Positions 9,935-20,279 of a DNA stretch of 64,000 nucleotides are shown in pieces. Below the pieces are notes generated by a model, which saw only the letters and a program-made list of their open reading frames with translations, was not told where the DNA came from and ran no database searches. The stretch comes from an uncultured Pseudomonadales bacterium. Lineage in GTDB: Bacteria; Patescibacteriota; Microgenomatia; UBA1400; MFAQ01. The position numbers were made by a program, and so were the translations under genes. The stretch is from the NCBI GenBank assembly GCA_964357975.1, contig CAYHNG010000004.1:6380-70379 (forward strand), written 5' to 3'. The stretch's first letter is position 1, and every line of letters begins with the position of its first letter.

Positions 9935-11250
9935 AAATTACTCCTCTAATTGGTCTCGAAGTACACGTAGAGCTGGAGACAAAATCCAAAATGTTTTGTG
10001 GATGTCCGGCCGATCACTTTGGAAAAGCGCCAAATACTCAAACTTGTCCTGTTTGTCTGGGCTTGCCCGGCGCTCTACCGGTCCCCAACAAAAAGGCGAT
10101 TGAGAGTTGTCTCAAAATTGGCCTTGCCATTAATTGCTCTACAAATCGCCTCTCGAAATTCGATCGCAAACAATATTTTTACCCTGATCTCTCTAAGGGT
10201 TATCAAATTAGTCAATACGATCAACCCTTTTGCTCGGAAGGCTTTGTAAGTCTTGATTCCGGAAAAAAGATTGGCATCGAAAGAGTTCATCAAGAAGAAG
10301 ACACCGGCAAGCTCCAGCACACTGCTATCAACGGAGAAAAGGTAACTTTGGTAGACTTCAATCGTTCCGGTGTCCCTTTGGTCGAAATAGTCTCTAAGCC
10401 TGATATGACCAGTAGTGCTGAAGCCAAAGAATACTTAAAAAAGATTCATGAAATCATTAGGGCCATTGGTGTTTCCAATGCCGACATGGAAAAGGGTCAG
10501 ATGCGACTAGAGCCAACAGTCAACGTATGCGTTGAGAATGAAACGGGTATTCACTACACTCCTCTGGTAGAGGTCAAAAATATCAACTCTTTTAATTTTG
10601 CAGTTCAGGCCATTGAATTTGAAATCAAGCGTCAGGTCGAAGAGTTTGAAAGAAGCGGCGTCGAAAAGAGTCCAACCAACAAAACCACCAGAGGGTACGA
10701 TTCGGTCAAAAAGGTTACCTTCTTGCAAAGGACCAAAGAAGAAGCCAAAGATTATCGGTATTTTCCTGAGCCGGACATCCCCCCATTTATTATTGAGGAT
10801 GATTTTGTAGAAAAAATTAAGAAAGAACTTCCTCTGCTACCCGATCAGGAAATATCTTCATTGGAAATGCTCGGTGTGGATAAAAAAGATGCCAAGATCC
10901 TCGTCAGTACCGACAATCAAGTCGCTATTCAAATTATTCATGATTACGCCGACGATGATCGGGTTGAACCCAAGAAACTTGCCAGTTTGATTGTCAACGG
11001 CAAACTTGACCCGGCAGAACACATTCTTGTTCGATATCAAGAACTTACCAAAGTTGGCAATACCGATAGGGGAGAGCTGGAAAAAGTTATTCAAGGACTT
11101 ATGCTAGCTAACCCAGTTCTAGTGGCAGACTTCAAAGGCGGCAAGGTCGCCGTAGCCGGCTTTTTTGTTGGTCAAGCCATGAAAGAAACCAAAGGTACCG
11201 CCGACCCCAAGACCCTCAGTGAAGTTGTGTTGGACCTACTCAACAAATAA
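9931..11250 (+). CDS. gatB: Asp/Glu-tRNA amidotransferase subunit B
   Basis: IGLEVHVEL, YFYPDL, DFNRSGVPLVEIV and DYRYFPEPD motifs. Confidence 0.95.
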   Translation: MKITPLIGLEVHVELETKSKMFCGCPADHFGKAPNTQTCPVCLGLPGALPVPNKKAIESCLKIGLAINCSTNRLSKFDRKQYFYPDLSKGYQISQYDQPFCSEGFVSLDSGKKIGIERVHQEEDTGKLQHTAINGEKVTLVDFNRSGVPLVEIVSKPDMTSSAEAKEYLKKIHEIIRAIGVSNADMEKGQMRLEPTVNVCVENETGIHYTPLVEVKNINSFNFAVQAIEFEIKRQVEEFERSGVEKSPTNKTTRGYDSVKKVTFLQRTKEEAKDYRYFPEPDIPPFIIEDDFVEKIKKELPLLPDQEISSLEMLGVDKKDAKILVSTDNQVAIQIIHDYADDDRVEPKKLASLIVNGKLDPAEHILVRYQELTKVGNTDRGELEKVIQGLMLANPVLVADFKGGKVAVAGFFVGQAMKETKGTADPKTLSEVVLDLLNK

Positions 11251-11553
11251 GCAGAGCTTTTTTGGGAATCCAACGATTTTCCCTCTCTTCACCACTACCC
11301 CTTCCGCTCGAAGTAATCTAATTTTCTGTTGAATTTCTTCACCAGAGGTTTTTCCCATAAATCCCCCAATACTTCCATCGCTTCGAACTACTCTATGGCA
11401 AGGAACTTCGGGAGCGTACGGGTTATGTTTTAAAGCCTGACCAACGGCTCTGTAAGCTTTGGTGCCTAATTTTTCACCCAACACCTTATACGTCGTCACT
11501 TGTCCTTTGGGTACACTTTTTAGAATTTTGTAAACTTCATCAGCGAAACTCAT
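11236..11553 (-). CDS. ogt: O6-methylguanine-DNA methyltransferase (short, C-terminal domain only)
   Basis: VPKGQVTTY, RAVGQAL and PCHRVV active site. Confidence 0.85.
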   Translation of the reverse strand: MSFADEVYKILKSVPKGQVTTYKVLGEKLGTKAYRAVGQALKHNPYAPEVPCHRVVRSDGSIGGFMGKTSGEEIQQKIRLLRAEGVVVKRGKIVGFPKKLCLFVE

Positions 11554-11580
11554 ACATATAGTATACTATAGGCAGAAAAT

Positions 11581-12216
11581 ATGGAAAAAATCACCCACCG
11601 AAACCCAGACTTAGACAAGGAACAGACCAAATATAGGCACGATGTGGCCCAGTTGGAGGTCACAGAAGGTTATGCCTTGCTTTCTGAAGACCAAAGAGCA
11701 ATTATTCGTAGTACTCTAATTGTTCAGATAAGAGCCGAAAGAGACATGGATCCGACACACAAAAACGATCCTTGGTATTATGACTGGCTCAAAAACAGAG
11801 GTCACCGGCCAAAATATCAAAAAAGTCTTGAACATGTAAAACAATGGTACTGTCACGCGGCTGTGGCAGCTCTCGAAGGTCAAGGTCTATCCGGTACCAG
11901 ACCACCAAACTGTCAAGTAGATTTCTTTGACGGAGCATATCTTCCTATTGACCAGGAATTTGAGTTGAGGAAGGCGGTTGAGTTTTTTGGCTTTCCTTGC
12001 GTTGTTCATGTTAGTACCGAACTTGGCAACTCAAGCGGAGAAAAAACGAAATATCACACCTTATTGGCACTGGGACATGATCCGGAAGGTCAGATTGTGG
12101 TCTGGGAAAAGCAAAGAATCGGACTTCCGTATAGAATAACCCAATTGAGTCAGGTGTACGAAGATTACAGACACGTTCATTGTTGGGGTTTTCGAAAACT
12201 GCGGTCCTCTACTTGA
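11581..12216 (+). CDS. Hypothetical protein
   Basis: 211 aa ORF divergent from ogt. No confidently recognised family. Confidence 0.7.
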   Translation: MEKITHRNPDLDKEQTKYRHDVAQLEVTEGYALLSEDQRAIIRSTLIVQIRAERDMDPTHKNDPWYYDWLKNRGHRPKYQKSLEHVKQWYCHAAVAALEGQGLSGTRPPNCQVDFFDGAYLPIDQEFELRKAVEFFGFPCVVHVSTELGNSSGEKTKYHTLLALGHDPEGQIVVWEKQRIGLPYRITQLSQVYEDYRHVHCWGFRKLRSST

Positions 12217-12249
12217 AATATTCGCAAATAACCCTGAAGATAACAGTGC

Positions 12250-15200
12250 ATGCCAAAGTTCATCCATCTTCATACTCACACCGAATTTTCCCTCTTGGAT
12301 GGATTAAGTAAAATTAGCAAACTCGTCGCCAAAACCAAGGAGTTTGGTCAAAATGCTGTTGCTATCACCGATCATGGTTCCATGTATGGTGCTATAGAGT
12401 TCTACAAAAAAGCCACCAAAGAAGAGATAAAGCCCATCATTGGTTGCGAAATTTATCTAGCCAAGAATTCCAGATTTGACAAGAACAAATCGGATGCCAA
12501 CCACCTGATATTATTAGCCGAAGACTTTGAAGGATATCAGAATTTACTCAAAATCGTCACCATCGGCCAAACGGAAGGCTTTTACTACAAGCCAAGAGTC
12601 GACAAGGAAACGCTTGCCAAATACTCCAAAGGCCTCATTTGTACAACTGCTTGTCCGACAGGAAGGGTGCAAAGGTTATTACTCGAAGAAGGTTTGGAGT
12701 CGGCTAAGAAGGAACTGCTTGAATACGAGCAGATCTTTGGCTCAAAAAACATCTTTATCGAACTCCAGCGACATCATTACGACCGATATGCCCTCCACCC
12801 ATCGGTTCCGACCGAAATCAAACCCAAACTTTTGGATTTCTTTCAAAACGAAAGGAAGGCGGAAGAAGGACTGATTAAACTTTCTCGGGAACTGGGGATA
12901 CCTTTGATCGCCACCAATGATTCACATTATATAAATCAGGAAGACGCTGCAGCCCAGGACGCCCTAGTCTGCGTCCAGACGGGTAAAATGCTCGAAGACA
13001 CTAATCGTATGCGGTATGTCGACACTCCGGACTTCTATCTAAAAAGTCCCGACGAAATGACTACCGAGTTTCAAGATTTACCGGAAGCACTGGAAAATAC
13101 TCAAAAAATAGCCGATCGTTGCGCCGTTACCATTAAGTTGGGAGAGTGGTATTTTCCAAAGTTAGATCTTCCTGTCGGAAAATCAGCTGGAGAAGTACTC
13201 CGAGAAAAAGCATATACCGGTTGCCGGGAGATCTTTGGGTCTGTTAACGAAGAACAAAAAACACGCTTGGATTATGAACTGGATATTATCGAAAAAAAGG
13301 GTTATTCACCATATTTTTTACTCGAGTCGGGCATCGTCAACTATGCAAACGATACAGGTATTTATACAAACACCAGAGGCTCAGCGGCCGGCTCATTAGT
13401 TTCATATTGTGTGGGGATTACCACCGTCGACCCCTTGTATTTTAGATTACCGTTCGAACGGTTTTTAAATCCGTTTCGACCATCACCACCGGATATTGAT
13501 CTTGATGTTGCCGATATTCATCGTGATGCTCTAATTCACTACTTGGCCAAAACTTATGGACATGAGAAAGTCGGTCAGATTTGTACCTTTGGAACCATGA
13601 AAGCCAGAGCTGCAGTTCGAGATATTGGCCGGGTAATGGGACTCCCGTATTCTCAAGTTGACAAGATCTCCAAAACAATACCGGAGGGTAGTCAGGGCTT
13701 TCCCATGACTCTAAAGAAGGCTTTAGAGACCACACCAGAGCTTCAAAAGATGAAAGACGATAATCCAGAGGTCAAACGTCTCTTAGATATGGCTCAAAAA
13801 GTGGAAGGCAATGCGCGCCATATTTCAGTACATGCCGCCGCCGTTATCGTTGGTCCGGAAAATTTAGTTAAGTTCACCCCGCTTCAGCAAGAAACACGTG
13901 GAGGAGACCGAGTAATTACCCAATACGAGATGCACGCCTGTGAAGACGTGGGTTTGATCAAACTGGATATTCTAGGAATTGCCAATCTCACCATTTTGGC
14001 CAACGCAGTTAGGCTGGTCGAAAAACTTTCTCAAATCAAAATAAACATCAAAAAAATTCCCCTTGACGACGCTCCTACTTTTGAAATGTTGGCCAGAGGA
14101 GAAACCTTTGGTGTTTTTCAGCTCTCGGGAGGTGGTATGACTAAGTACTTAGTTGACCTCAAACCGGAAAGAATTGAAGATGTGATGGCCATGGTGGCAC
14201 TTTATCGACCAGGACCCATGGGCAGTATTCCTGAATACATTGCTCGAAAGCATGATCCGAGCAAGGTTGCCTATTTTGTACCCGGACTAGAAACAATTCT
14301 CGATCAATCATATGGCATCATTACTTACCAAGACGACGTGCTTTTTATGGCTATTCAGTTGGCTGGATATAATTGGGAAGAGGCAGATAAGTTTAGAAAA
14401 GCGATCGGTAAAAAAATTGTCTCCGAGATGGAGGCTCAGCATTCTAAGTTTGTCGAAGGCTGTATAAGAAACTCTGCTATCCCCAAAGAAAAAGCCGAAG
14501 AGTTGTTTAAACAAATAGAAACCTTTGCCGCTTATGGTTTTAATAAAGCTCATGCCGCTTCGTACGGTATTGTCGCTTACTGGACGGCATATATCAAAGC
14601 CCATTATCCGGTTGAATATATGACTGCCTTAATGTCGGTGGAAGCAGGAGATACCGACAAAATAGTTCAAGCTATCTCGGAATGTGAAAAACTAGGCATT
14701 AAGGTCTTACCACCGGATGTGAATGAGTCTCTCACCGATTTTACCGTTGTTGATTTACAGGAAGACCAGTGGCTTCCGGAAGGTCGGGCCAGAGACTCCG
14801 GAAAGGCTATTCGTTTTGGGCTGTCCGCGATCAAAAATGTTGGCTCATCTGCCATAACTACCATTCTCGAGGCCAGACAAGAAAATTTGTTTCAATCATT
14901 TACCGATTTCCTCAAAAGAGTGGATCTTCAAAAAGTAAACAAGAGGGTTGCTGAATCGTTAATCAAAGCAGGGGCTCTGGATCGCTACGGCAATCGAGCC
15001 CAGCTCATCTCCGCCTTGCCGATTATTCGGGATAGCTCAGTTAGATTACAAAAAAGACAGGGAGAAAGCCAGGTCAGCTTATTTGGTAATGCTTCAGTAG
15101 ATAATATTACCGACAATCTTCCCAATATTCCGGAAATGCCATTGGAAGACAAACTAAAGATGGAAAAGGAGCTCTTGGGGTTCTACCTTTCGGATAATCC

Positions 15201-15753
15201 GGTAAAAAAGATCGTCCGGATTGTCTCGGATTTGATAACTCACAAGATTGCTCATCTGGATCCGACACTTCATCTCAACCAGATCGTCACCCTAGCGGGA
15301 GTTATCAGCCGTGAAAAGCTTGTCAATACTAAGAAGAACAACTCCAAAATGGCCTTTGTCACCCTTCAGGACGATACCGGAACCATCGATTGCATCATTT
15401 TCCCCAAACTTTACGCCGAAAACCCCGAACTTTGGCACGAAGACTCTCCACTTCTTATTAAAGGCAAGGTCGACAATCGAGAGGATAAGCTTCAGATCGT
15501 GGTCGAATCAGGCACCATTATTGACACCAAGCTGACCCCGAGAGATATGATCCACGAAATCTTCATCAAGTCAGGTACCCCGAAGGAAGTCATGCAACAG
15601 ATTAGTGATCTTCTTAAAGGTCATCCGGGAGACCACGAAATTGTCGTGGCCATTGAATCCGGGAACAATCTAAAAAAGATAACTTTACCTTATAAGGTGG
15701 ATTACACTCCGGTTTTGGAGAAACAGGTGGAAAAAACCCTTCACGGCTGGTAA
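12250..15753 (+). CDS. dnaE: DNA polymerase III alpha subunit
   Basis: PHP domain (HLHTHTEFSLLDG, AITDHG), RGSAAGS, PDIDLD, YGFNKAH and OB fold. Confidence 0.97.
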   Translation: MPKFIHLHTHTEFSLLDGLSKISKLVAKTKEFGQNAVAITDHGSMYGAIEFYKKATKEEIKPIIGCEIYLAKNSRFDKNKSDANHLILLAEDFEGYQNLLKIVTIGQTEGFYYKPRVDKETLAKYSKGLICTTACPTGRVQRLLLEEGLESAKKELLEYEQIFGSKNIFIELQRHHYDRYALHPSVPTEIKPKLLDFFQNERKAEEGLIKLSRELGIPLIATNDSHYINQEDAAAQDALVCVQTGKMLEDTNRMRYVDTPDFYLKSPDEMTTEFQDLPEALENTQKIADRCAVTIKLGEWYFPKLDLPVGKSAGEVLREKAYTGCREIFGSVNEEQKTRLDYELDIIEKKGYSPYFLLESGIVNYANDTGIYTNTRGSAAGSLVSYCVGITTVDPLYFRLPFERFLNPFRPSPPDIDLDVADIHRDALIHYLAKTYGHEKVGQICTFGTMKARAAVRDIGRVMGLPYSQVDKISKTIPEGSQGFPMTLKKALETTPELQKMKDDNPEVKRLLDMAQKVEGNARHISVHAAAVIVGPENLVKFTPLQQETRGGDRVITQYEMHACEDVGLIKLDILGIANLTILANAVRLVEKLSQIKINIKKIPLDDAPTFEMLARGETFGVFQLSGGGMTKYLVDLKPERIEDVMAMVALYRPGPMGSIPEYIARKHDPSKVAYFVPGLETILDQSYGIITYQDDVLFMAIQLAGYNWEEADKFRKAIGKKIVSEMEAQHSKFVEGCIRNSAIPKEKAEELFKQIETFAAYGFNKAHAASYGIVAYWTAYIKAHYPVEYMTALMSVEAGDTDKIVQAISECEKLGIKVLPPDVNESLTDFTVVDLQEDQWLPEGRARDSGKAIRFGLSAIKNVGSSAITTILEARQENLFQSFTDFLKRVDLQKVNKRVAESLIKAGALDRYGNRAQLISALPIIRDSSVRLQKRQGESQVSLFGNASVDNITDNLPNIPEMPLEDKLKMEKELLGFYLSDNPVKKIVRIVSDLITHKIAHLDPTLHLNQIVTLAGVISREKLVNTKKNNSKMAFVTLQDDTGTIDCIIFPKLYAENPELWHEDSPLLIKGKVDNREDKLQIVVESGTIIDTKLTPRDMIHEIFIKSGTPKEVMQQISDLLKGHPGDHEIVVAIESGNNLKKITLPYKVDYTPVLEKQVEKTLHGW

Positions 15754-15811
15754 AATCAACGTATTCGTTGTCCTCGCGCAGGCGAGGAACTATATAAATA
15801 ACCTACATAAT

Positions 15812-16339
15812 ATGGCAAATCAAATCAAATGGCAGGACAAAATCGGCTTCGGAGTCGGGGACACTATCAAAGTCTCTCTGGCTGTCAAAGAAGGAGAGAA
15901 GACCCGTATCCAGATTTTTCAGGGTATTGTGATCGCCATTCGTGGTACCGGCGAAGGTAAAAACTTCATTGTTCGCAAAATTGCCACCGGAGGCGTTGGT
16001 GTCGAGAAAATTCTCCCCATCAACACTCCCACCATCACCGGTATCGAAATTGTCAAAAAAGGCAAGGTCAGACGAGCCAAGCTTTACTATCTCCGAGACC
16101 TACTTGGTAAGAAAGCTACCAAAATCAAAGATGTTTTTGTTAAGAAGGGCCAGAAGGCCGAAGTGGAGGTTCCCGTCGAGGCCACTTTCGAGAAGCCTGA
16201 GACTGGCGTAAAAGAAGAAAAAGCCAGACCGGAAGCGGTTAAGGTCAAAAACGCTCCTAAAGTCGAGGTTGTCAAAGTCAAAAAGGTCAAAAAGGGCCCC
16301 AAAAAGATTGTTCGCAAAGAAAAGGTTTTTGTCCGTTAA
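15812..16339 (+). CDS. rplS: 50S ribosomal protein L19 with Lys/Glu-rich C-terminal extension
   Basis: GDTIKV, RIQIFQG, GVGVEK and KVRRAKLYYLR motifs. Confidence 0.95.
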   Translation: MANQIKWQDKIGFGVGDTIKVSLAVKEGEKTRIQIFQGIVIAIRGTGEGKNFIVRKIATGGVGVEKILPINTPTITGIEIVKKGKVRRAKLYYLRDLLGKKATKIKDVFVKKGQKAEVEVPVEATFEKPETGVKEEKARPEAVKVKNAPKVEVVKVKKVKKGPKKIVRKEKVFVR

Positions 16340-16363
16340 TCCTTTGACGGATTCCACAATAAA

Positions 16364-16385
16364 AACCCCCGATATCTCGGGGGTT
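16364..16385. terminator. Intrinsic terminator hairpin between rplS and the convergent ORF
   Basis: AACCCCCGA-tatc-TCGGGGGTT. Confidence 0.7.
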
Positions 16386-16396
16386 AGCTTTCCAAC

Positions 16397-16711
16397 CTAC
16401 TTGCTCAGGTTGGCATGTTCTACTGCTTCCTCAGCTTCAATCTCTAAATCCTCAAGTTCCATCTGACGAAGCTTACGTTCGTGCCGCAAATTGATGTAAT
16501 CAATCCAGGCCGGAGAGGTGATTGCCACGAGCAAGACCGGCAAGATCCATTGGGCTGCGAACATATACCACAGATTCCCGCTTTGGCACGCAGCATAAAC
16601 TACTCCAAAGCACATGCCAATAAAGGGGGCAAATGTTACGATTAGCGCGGACAAGGCCCAGACGCAAAATACCAAAATGGCAAACCATTTAAGAACCATC
16701 TTCCAGTTCAT
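16397..16711 (-). CDS. Hypothetical membrane protein
   Basis: 104 aa, 2-3 hydrophobic segments and a charged tail. GGAGG SD and TATAAT upstream. Confidence 0.65.
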   Translation of the reverse strand: MNWKMVLKWFAILVFCVWALSALIVTFAPFIGMCFGVVYAACQSGNLWYMFAAQWILPVLLVAITSPAWIDYINLRHERKLRQMELEDLEIEAEEAVEHANLSK

Positions 16712-16761
16712 CGTAACCTCCAGGGTTTGGGATGATGTTAAACTACAGGCATATTATATAC

Positions 16762-17436
16762 CTAGTCGGTGATGATCACCTTTTTGTTCTTGAAGCTGTA
16801 CAGCATGGCTGGACGGTGGGCAATTCCTTCCAGCTTCTTTCCAGAAGCCACAATCAGGCCAGTGGATAGGATCTTTTTTCTGAAATTCCTTTTATCTATC
16901 GTAGTTTTAAGAATAATTTCGTATATTTTCTGTAAATCAGTAAGAGTAAAAGATCCCGGTAAAAGCCCCAAAACTATATTGGTATACCCCAGTTTGTTCC
17001 TTAGTCTTTGTAGTCCATATTTAAGGATCTCGGCGTGATCAAAGGCCAATTTTGGCAGTTTGTCTATGGAGAAAAAATCGGCGGCATTGGCGTCGCCTGT
17101 AGACTTCAGTTTCCATTCTGCTTTCGCGGCTAGGGCCATATAGGTTACTGTAATTACTCTAGTTCTGGGATCTCTTTTGGGATTACCAAACGTATATAGC
17201 TGTTCCAGATACAATCCTTTAACGCCGGTTTCTTCCACCAGCTCTCTCGTAGCCGCCTCATCCAGCGATTCATTCATATGCACGAACCCACCCGGTAGGG
17301 CCCAAGAGCTTTCGAAAGGAGCTTCATTCCTCTTAACCAGTAGGATTCTTAATTCACCCTTCTCGACGGTGAAAAGTAATACATCTACCGTTACTGAGGG
17401 TCTATCATATTGGGTCACATCATATTTTGCGGGCAT
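16762..17436 (-). CDS. nrtR: NrtR-family transcriptional regulator (Nudix plus winged helix)
   Basis: WALPGGFV..ESLDEAATRELVEETG, LEQLYTF..PKRDPR, LAFDH, then FTLTDLQKIYE..DKRNFRKK..HRPA. Confidence 0.88.
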   Translation of the reverse strand: MPAKYDVTQYDRPSVTVDVLLFTVEKGELRILLVKRNEAPFESSWALPGGFVHMNESLDEAATRELVEETGVKGLYLEQLYTFGNPKRDPRTRVITVTYMALAAKAEWKLKSTGDANAADFFSIDKLPKLAFDHAEILKYGLQRLRNKLGYTNIVLGLLPGSFTLTDLQKIYEIILKTTIDKRNFRKKILSTGLIVASGKKLEGIAHRPAMLYSFKNKKVIITD

Positions 17437-17501
17437 GTGTCTATTATACACTTTCGTGCGCCGTTTCTTTCTGGCCGGAAAAAATATTCTATACTTAAAC
17501 G

Positions 17502-19160
17502 ATGTTGGTTTTATTACTCATATCGTTTATCTCAGGACTTCTCACAATTTTCGCCCCTTGTATCTGGCCCATACTGCCGATTGTTCTGTCTACCTCAACA
17601 GGAGGCCCAAAACGACCATTAGGTGTCACTATCGGCATTCTACTTAGTTTTTCCGTACTTACTCTCAGTCTTTCCTATCTGGTCAAAATTTTTCATTTTG
17701 ACCCGGACAGTCTTCGTTTGATGGCCGTTGCCATTATCGGTTTTCTGGGAGTTGTTCTCATCTTTCCACGACTTTCAGCCAGACTGGAAGGATTTACCTC
17801 CAGGATCGGAAATATCTTTGGCGGAAGGTTTTCTTCGAGCTCCGGTTTTTGGGGCGGTCTCCTCGCTGGCGTTAGTCTGGGAATAGTCTGGGCCCCGTGT
17901 GCGGGCCCCATTCTGGCTACCATCGCCGCCCTATCCGCTACTAGATCCGTTAACTCACAGGTCGTATTAATTACCGTGGTTTATATGCTGGGAACCGGTA
18001 TTCCCTTACTTTTGTTTGCTGTTTTTGGAAGGAATCTGCTCCTCAACAGCCGTCGTCTTTCTCCCTATACCGGCCGACTTCAGCAATTTCTTGGCGCTGT
18101 CATGGTTGCGACAGCGATGTTAATTTGGTCAGGTTATGACCGAGTCTTGCAGGCCAAATTATTAAACTTATTCCCTGTCTATAGTAACTTTATATATCAA
18201 ATAGAACAAACCGATCAAGTTCAAAAGGAACTAAAACGGCTGCAGGGTAAAGATCCAGCCATCACTCCTTTACCCAAATCATTTCTACCTGACTTAGGAA
18301 AAACTCCAGAAATAAAGGGAATTTCCAACTGGTTAAACAGTCCTCCTTTGGAAATCTCATCACTCAAGGGCAAGGTTGTTTTGGTAGATTTCTGGACCTA
18401 TTCGTGTATAAACTGCATCAGGACACTTCCATTTGTCACAGCTTGGTACGAAAAGTATAAGGATCATGGATTCGTGGTCATCGGAGTTCACACACCAGAG
18501 TTTGAATTCGAAAAGAAAACAGACAATGTTCGAAATGCCCTTAAGATGTTCGGGGTCAACTATCCGGTAGCCCAGGACAATAGCTATTCTACTTGGAATA
18601 GCTTCAACAATGTTTATTGGCCGGCTAAGTATCTCGTCGACAAAGATGGTCATCTCAGGTATCAGCACAGTGGCGAAGGCATGTATGCCGAAACTGAGAA
18701 GGCGATTCAAACATTATTGGCTGAAACCGGTCAACTCGTGCCACAGGAGATTCTCTCCATGCCCGATCAAACGCCCCGAACAAGATTGACACCGGAAACC
18801 TATCTCGGGAAAAGCAGGATGAAAAAATTCTCACCGGCTTTTAAGTATTTAGGAGAATGGATAATCGAAAACGAGTTTGGAGAAAGTAGTCCCGGCTCAT
18901 CACTTGAATTAGATTTTTATGCCAATAAAGTTTTTCTGGTTATCATCCCTGATAGCTCAACGGACATTATTACGTTGACCCTTGACGGCATGCCCCTCCG
19001 TAGCGATGTCGCCGGAAAGGATGTTGTCAACGGTAAGGTGCTCTTAACCATACCGCGACTTTATGAACTTATCGACCTTCGTGGAAACCCTGGTGAGCAC
19101 ATTCTTCGCCTAGACTTTGGACACAAGGGGACTAAGGTCTTCGCCTTCACTTTTGGCTAA
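17502..19160 (+). CDS. dipZ: DipZ-like protein (DsbD/CcdA membrane domain, thioredoxin, C-terminal domain)
   Basis: PCIWPILP and WAPCAGP membrane cysteines, DFWTYSCINC, GVHTPEFEFEK, TPETYLG. Confidence 0.85.
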   Translation: MLVLLLISFISGLLTIFAPCIWPILPIVLSTSTGGPKRPLGVTIGILLSFSVLTLSLSYLVKIFHFDPDSLRLMAVAIIGFLGVVLIFPRLSARLEGFTSRIGNIFGGRFSSSSGFWGGLLAGVSLGIVWAPCAGPILATIAALSATRSVNSQVVLITVVYMLGTGIPLLLFAVFGRNLLLNSRRLSPYTGRLQQFLGAVMVATAMLIWSGYDRVLQAKLLNLFPVYSNFIYQIEQTDQVQKELKRLQGKDPAITPLPKSFLPDLGKTPEIKGISNWLNSPPLEISSLKGKVVLVDFWTYSCINCIRTLPFVTAWYEKYKDHGFVVIGVHTPEFEFEKKTDNVRNALKMFGVNYPVAQDNSYSTWNSFNNVYWPAKYLVDKDGHLRYQHSGEGMYAETEKAIQTLLAETGQLVPQEILSMPDQTPRTRLTPETYLGKSRMKKFSPAFKYLGEWIIENEFGESSPGSSLELDFYANKVFLVIIPDSSTDIITLTLDGMPLRSDVAGKDVVNGKVLLTIPRLYELIDLRGNPGEHILRLDFGHKGTKVFAFTFG

Positions 19161-19182
19161 TCTGCTATATTTATTACATCGG

Positions 19183-20253
19183 ATGAGGAAATTATTGATC
19201 GGTTTAATTGTTATTTTTATCTTGGTGTGGGTATCTGCTTCTGGTCAGAAAAGTCCGGCGACTTCACCACCGACGACACCGACCGGCTCGGACAAAACAA
19301 TCATCGCCGACAAATTACAGATACCTTGGTCGCTGGTATTCCTACCCAATGGCAGCATACTGTTTACCGAACGACCGGGAAGAGTCAGACAAATTACAGT
19401 TTCTGGTAAATTAGATTCAAACCCCGTTGAGACCGTATATGATGTCAAAGCCATAGGGGAGGGGGGTCTGCTAGGAATTGAGATTCACCCCAGTTTTGAA
19501 AAGAATGGCTTTCTTTATCTTTACTATACCTATGCAGGAGATGAAAACCGGACCTTAAATAAAGTTGTTCGTTATGTTTTTGACGGCACTCGCCTCTCCG
19601 CACCGAAAATTATCGTCGCCGGTATTCCGGGAAACTCTAATCATAACGGTGGCAGATTAAAGTTCGGCCCCGATGGGTATCTATACATTACCACGGGTGA
19701 TTCACAGAACCCTTCTTTGGCCCAGGACAAGAGCTCTTTGGCCGGTAAGATACTCCGTGTGACCGATGAAGGAAAGCCTGCACCGGGAAATCCGTTCAAC
19801 AATGAGATATATTCATATGGTCATCGGAATCCTCAAGGTCTTGCTTGGGATGAATCCGGACGTCTTTGGGAAACAGAACACGGCTCATCGACGGGAGACG
19901 AGATCAATCTTATTGAAAAGGGTAATAATTATGGTTGGCCAACTATCACCAAAACACAAGCCAAAGAAGGGATGTTAACTCCGGTACTTAATTCGGAAAA
20001 TGAAACTTGGGCCCCTTCGGGATTGGCCTTTGTTAAACCGTTTTTGTATTTCGCGGGCTTACGGAGCAATACTTTGTTTAGGCTTGGCACTACCACTATG
20101 AAATTCGACCGGCTCTTAAAGGGGGAATATGGCCGGCTCCGGGATGTCGTACTGGGGCCCGATGGCAATCTGTACCTTACAACCAGCAATCTCGATGGTC
20201 GATCGCTAACCCATCTGGATGGGGACAAAATAATACGTCTGACTCTTCCCTAA
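19183..20253 (+). CDS. PQQ-dependent glucose/sorbosone dehydrogenase family protein
   Basis: GEGGLLG, HNGGRLKFGPDG, SYGHRNPQGL, NYGWP and GRLRDV motifs. N-terminal signal or anchor. Confidence 0.88.
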   Translation: MRKLLIGLIVIFILVWVSASGQKSPATSPPTTPTGSDKTIIADKLQIPWSLVFLPNGSILFTERPGRVRQITVSGKLDSNPVETVYDVKAIGEGGLLGIEIHPSFEKNGFLYLYYTYAGDENRTLNKVVRYVFDGTRLSAPKIIVAGIPGNSNHNGGRLKFGPDGYLYITTGDSQNPSLAQDKSSLAGKILRVTDEGKPAPGNPFNNEIYSYGHRNPQGLAWDESGRLWETEHGSSTGDEINLIEKGNNYGWPTITKTQAKEGMLTPVLNSENETWAPSGLAFVKPFLYFAGLRSNTLFRLGTTTMKFDRLLKGEYGRLRDVVLGPDGNLYLTTSNLDGRSLTHLDGDKIIRLTLP

Positions 20254-20279
20254 AAACTTCGATTATCCAAAAACATATA

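Noticed and set aside
11236-11553. Alkyltransferase-like (ATL) protein
   Set aside because: The active site is PCHRV with Cys, not the PWHRV of ATL.
12770-12870. Intein or mobile insert in dnaE
   Set aside because: Only a short insertion in the PHP domain. No intein terminal motifs, and total length is normal.
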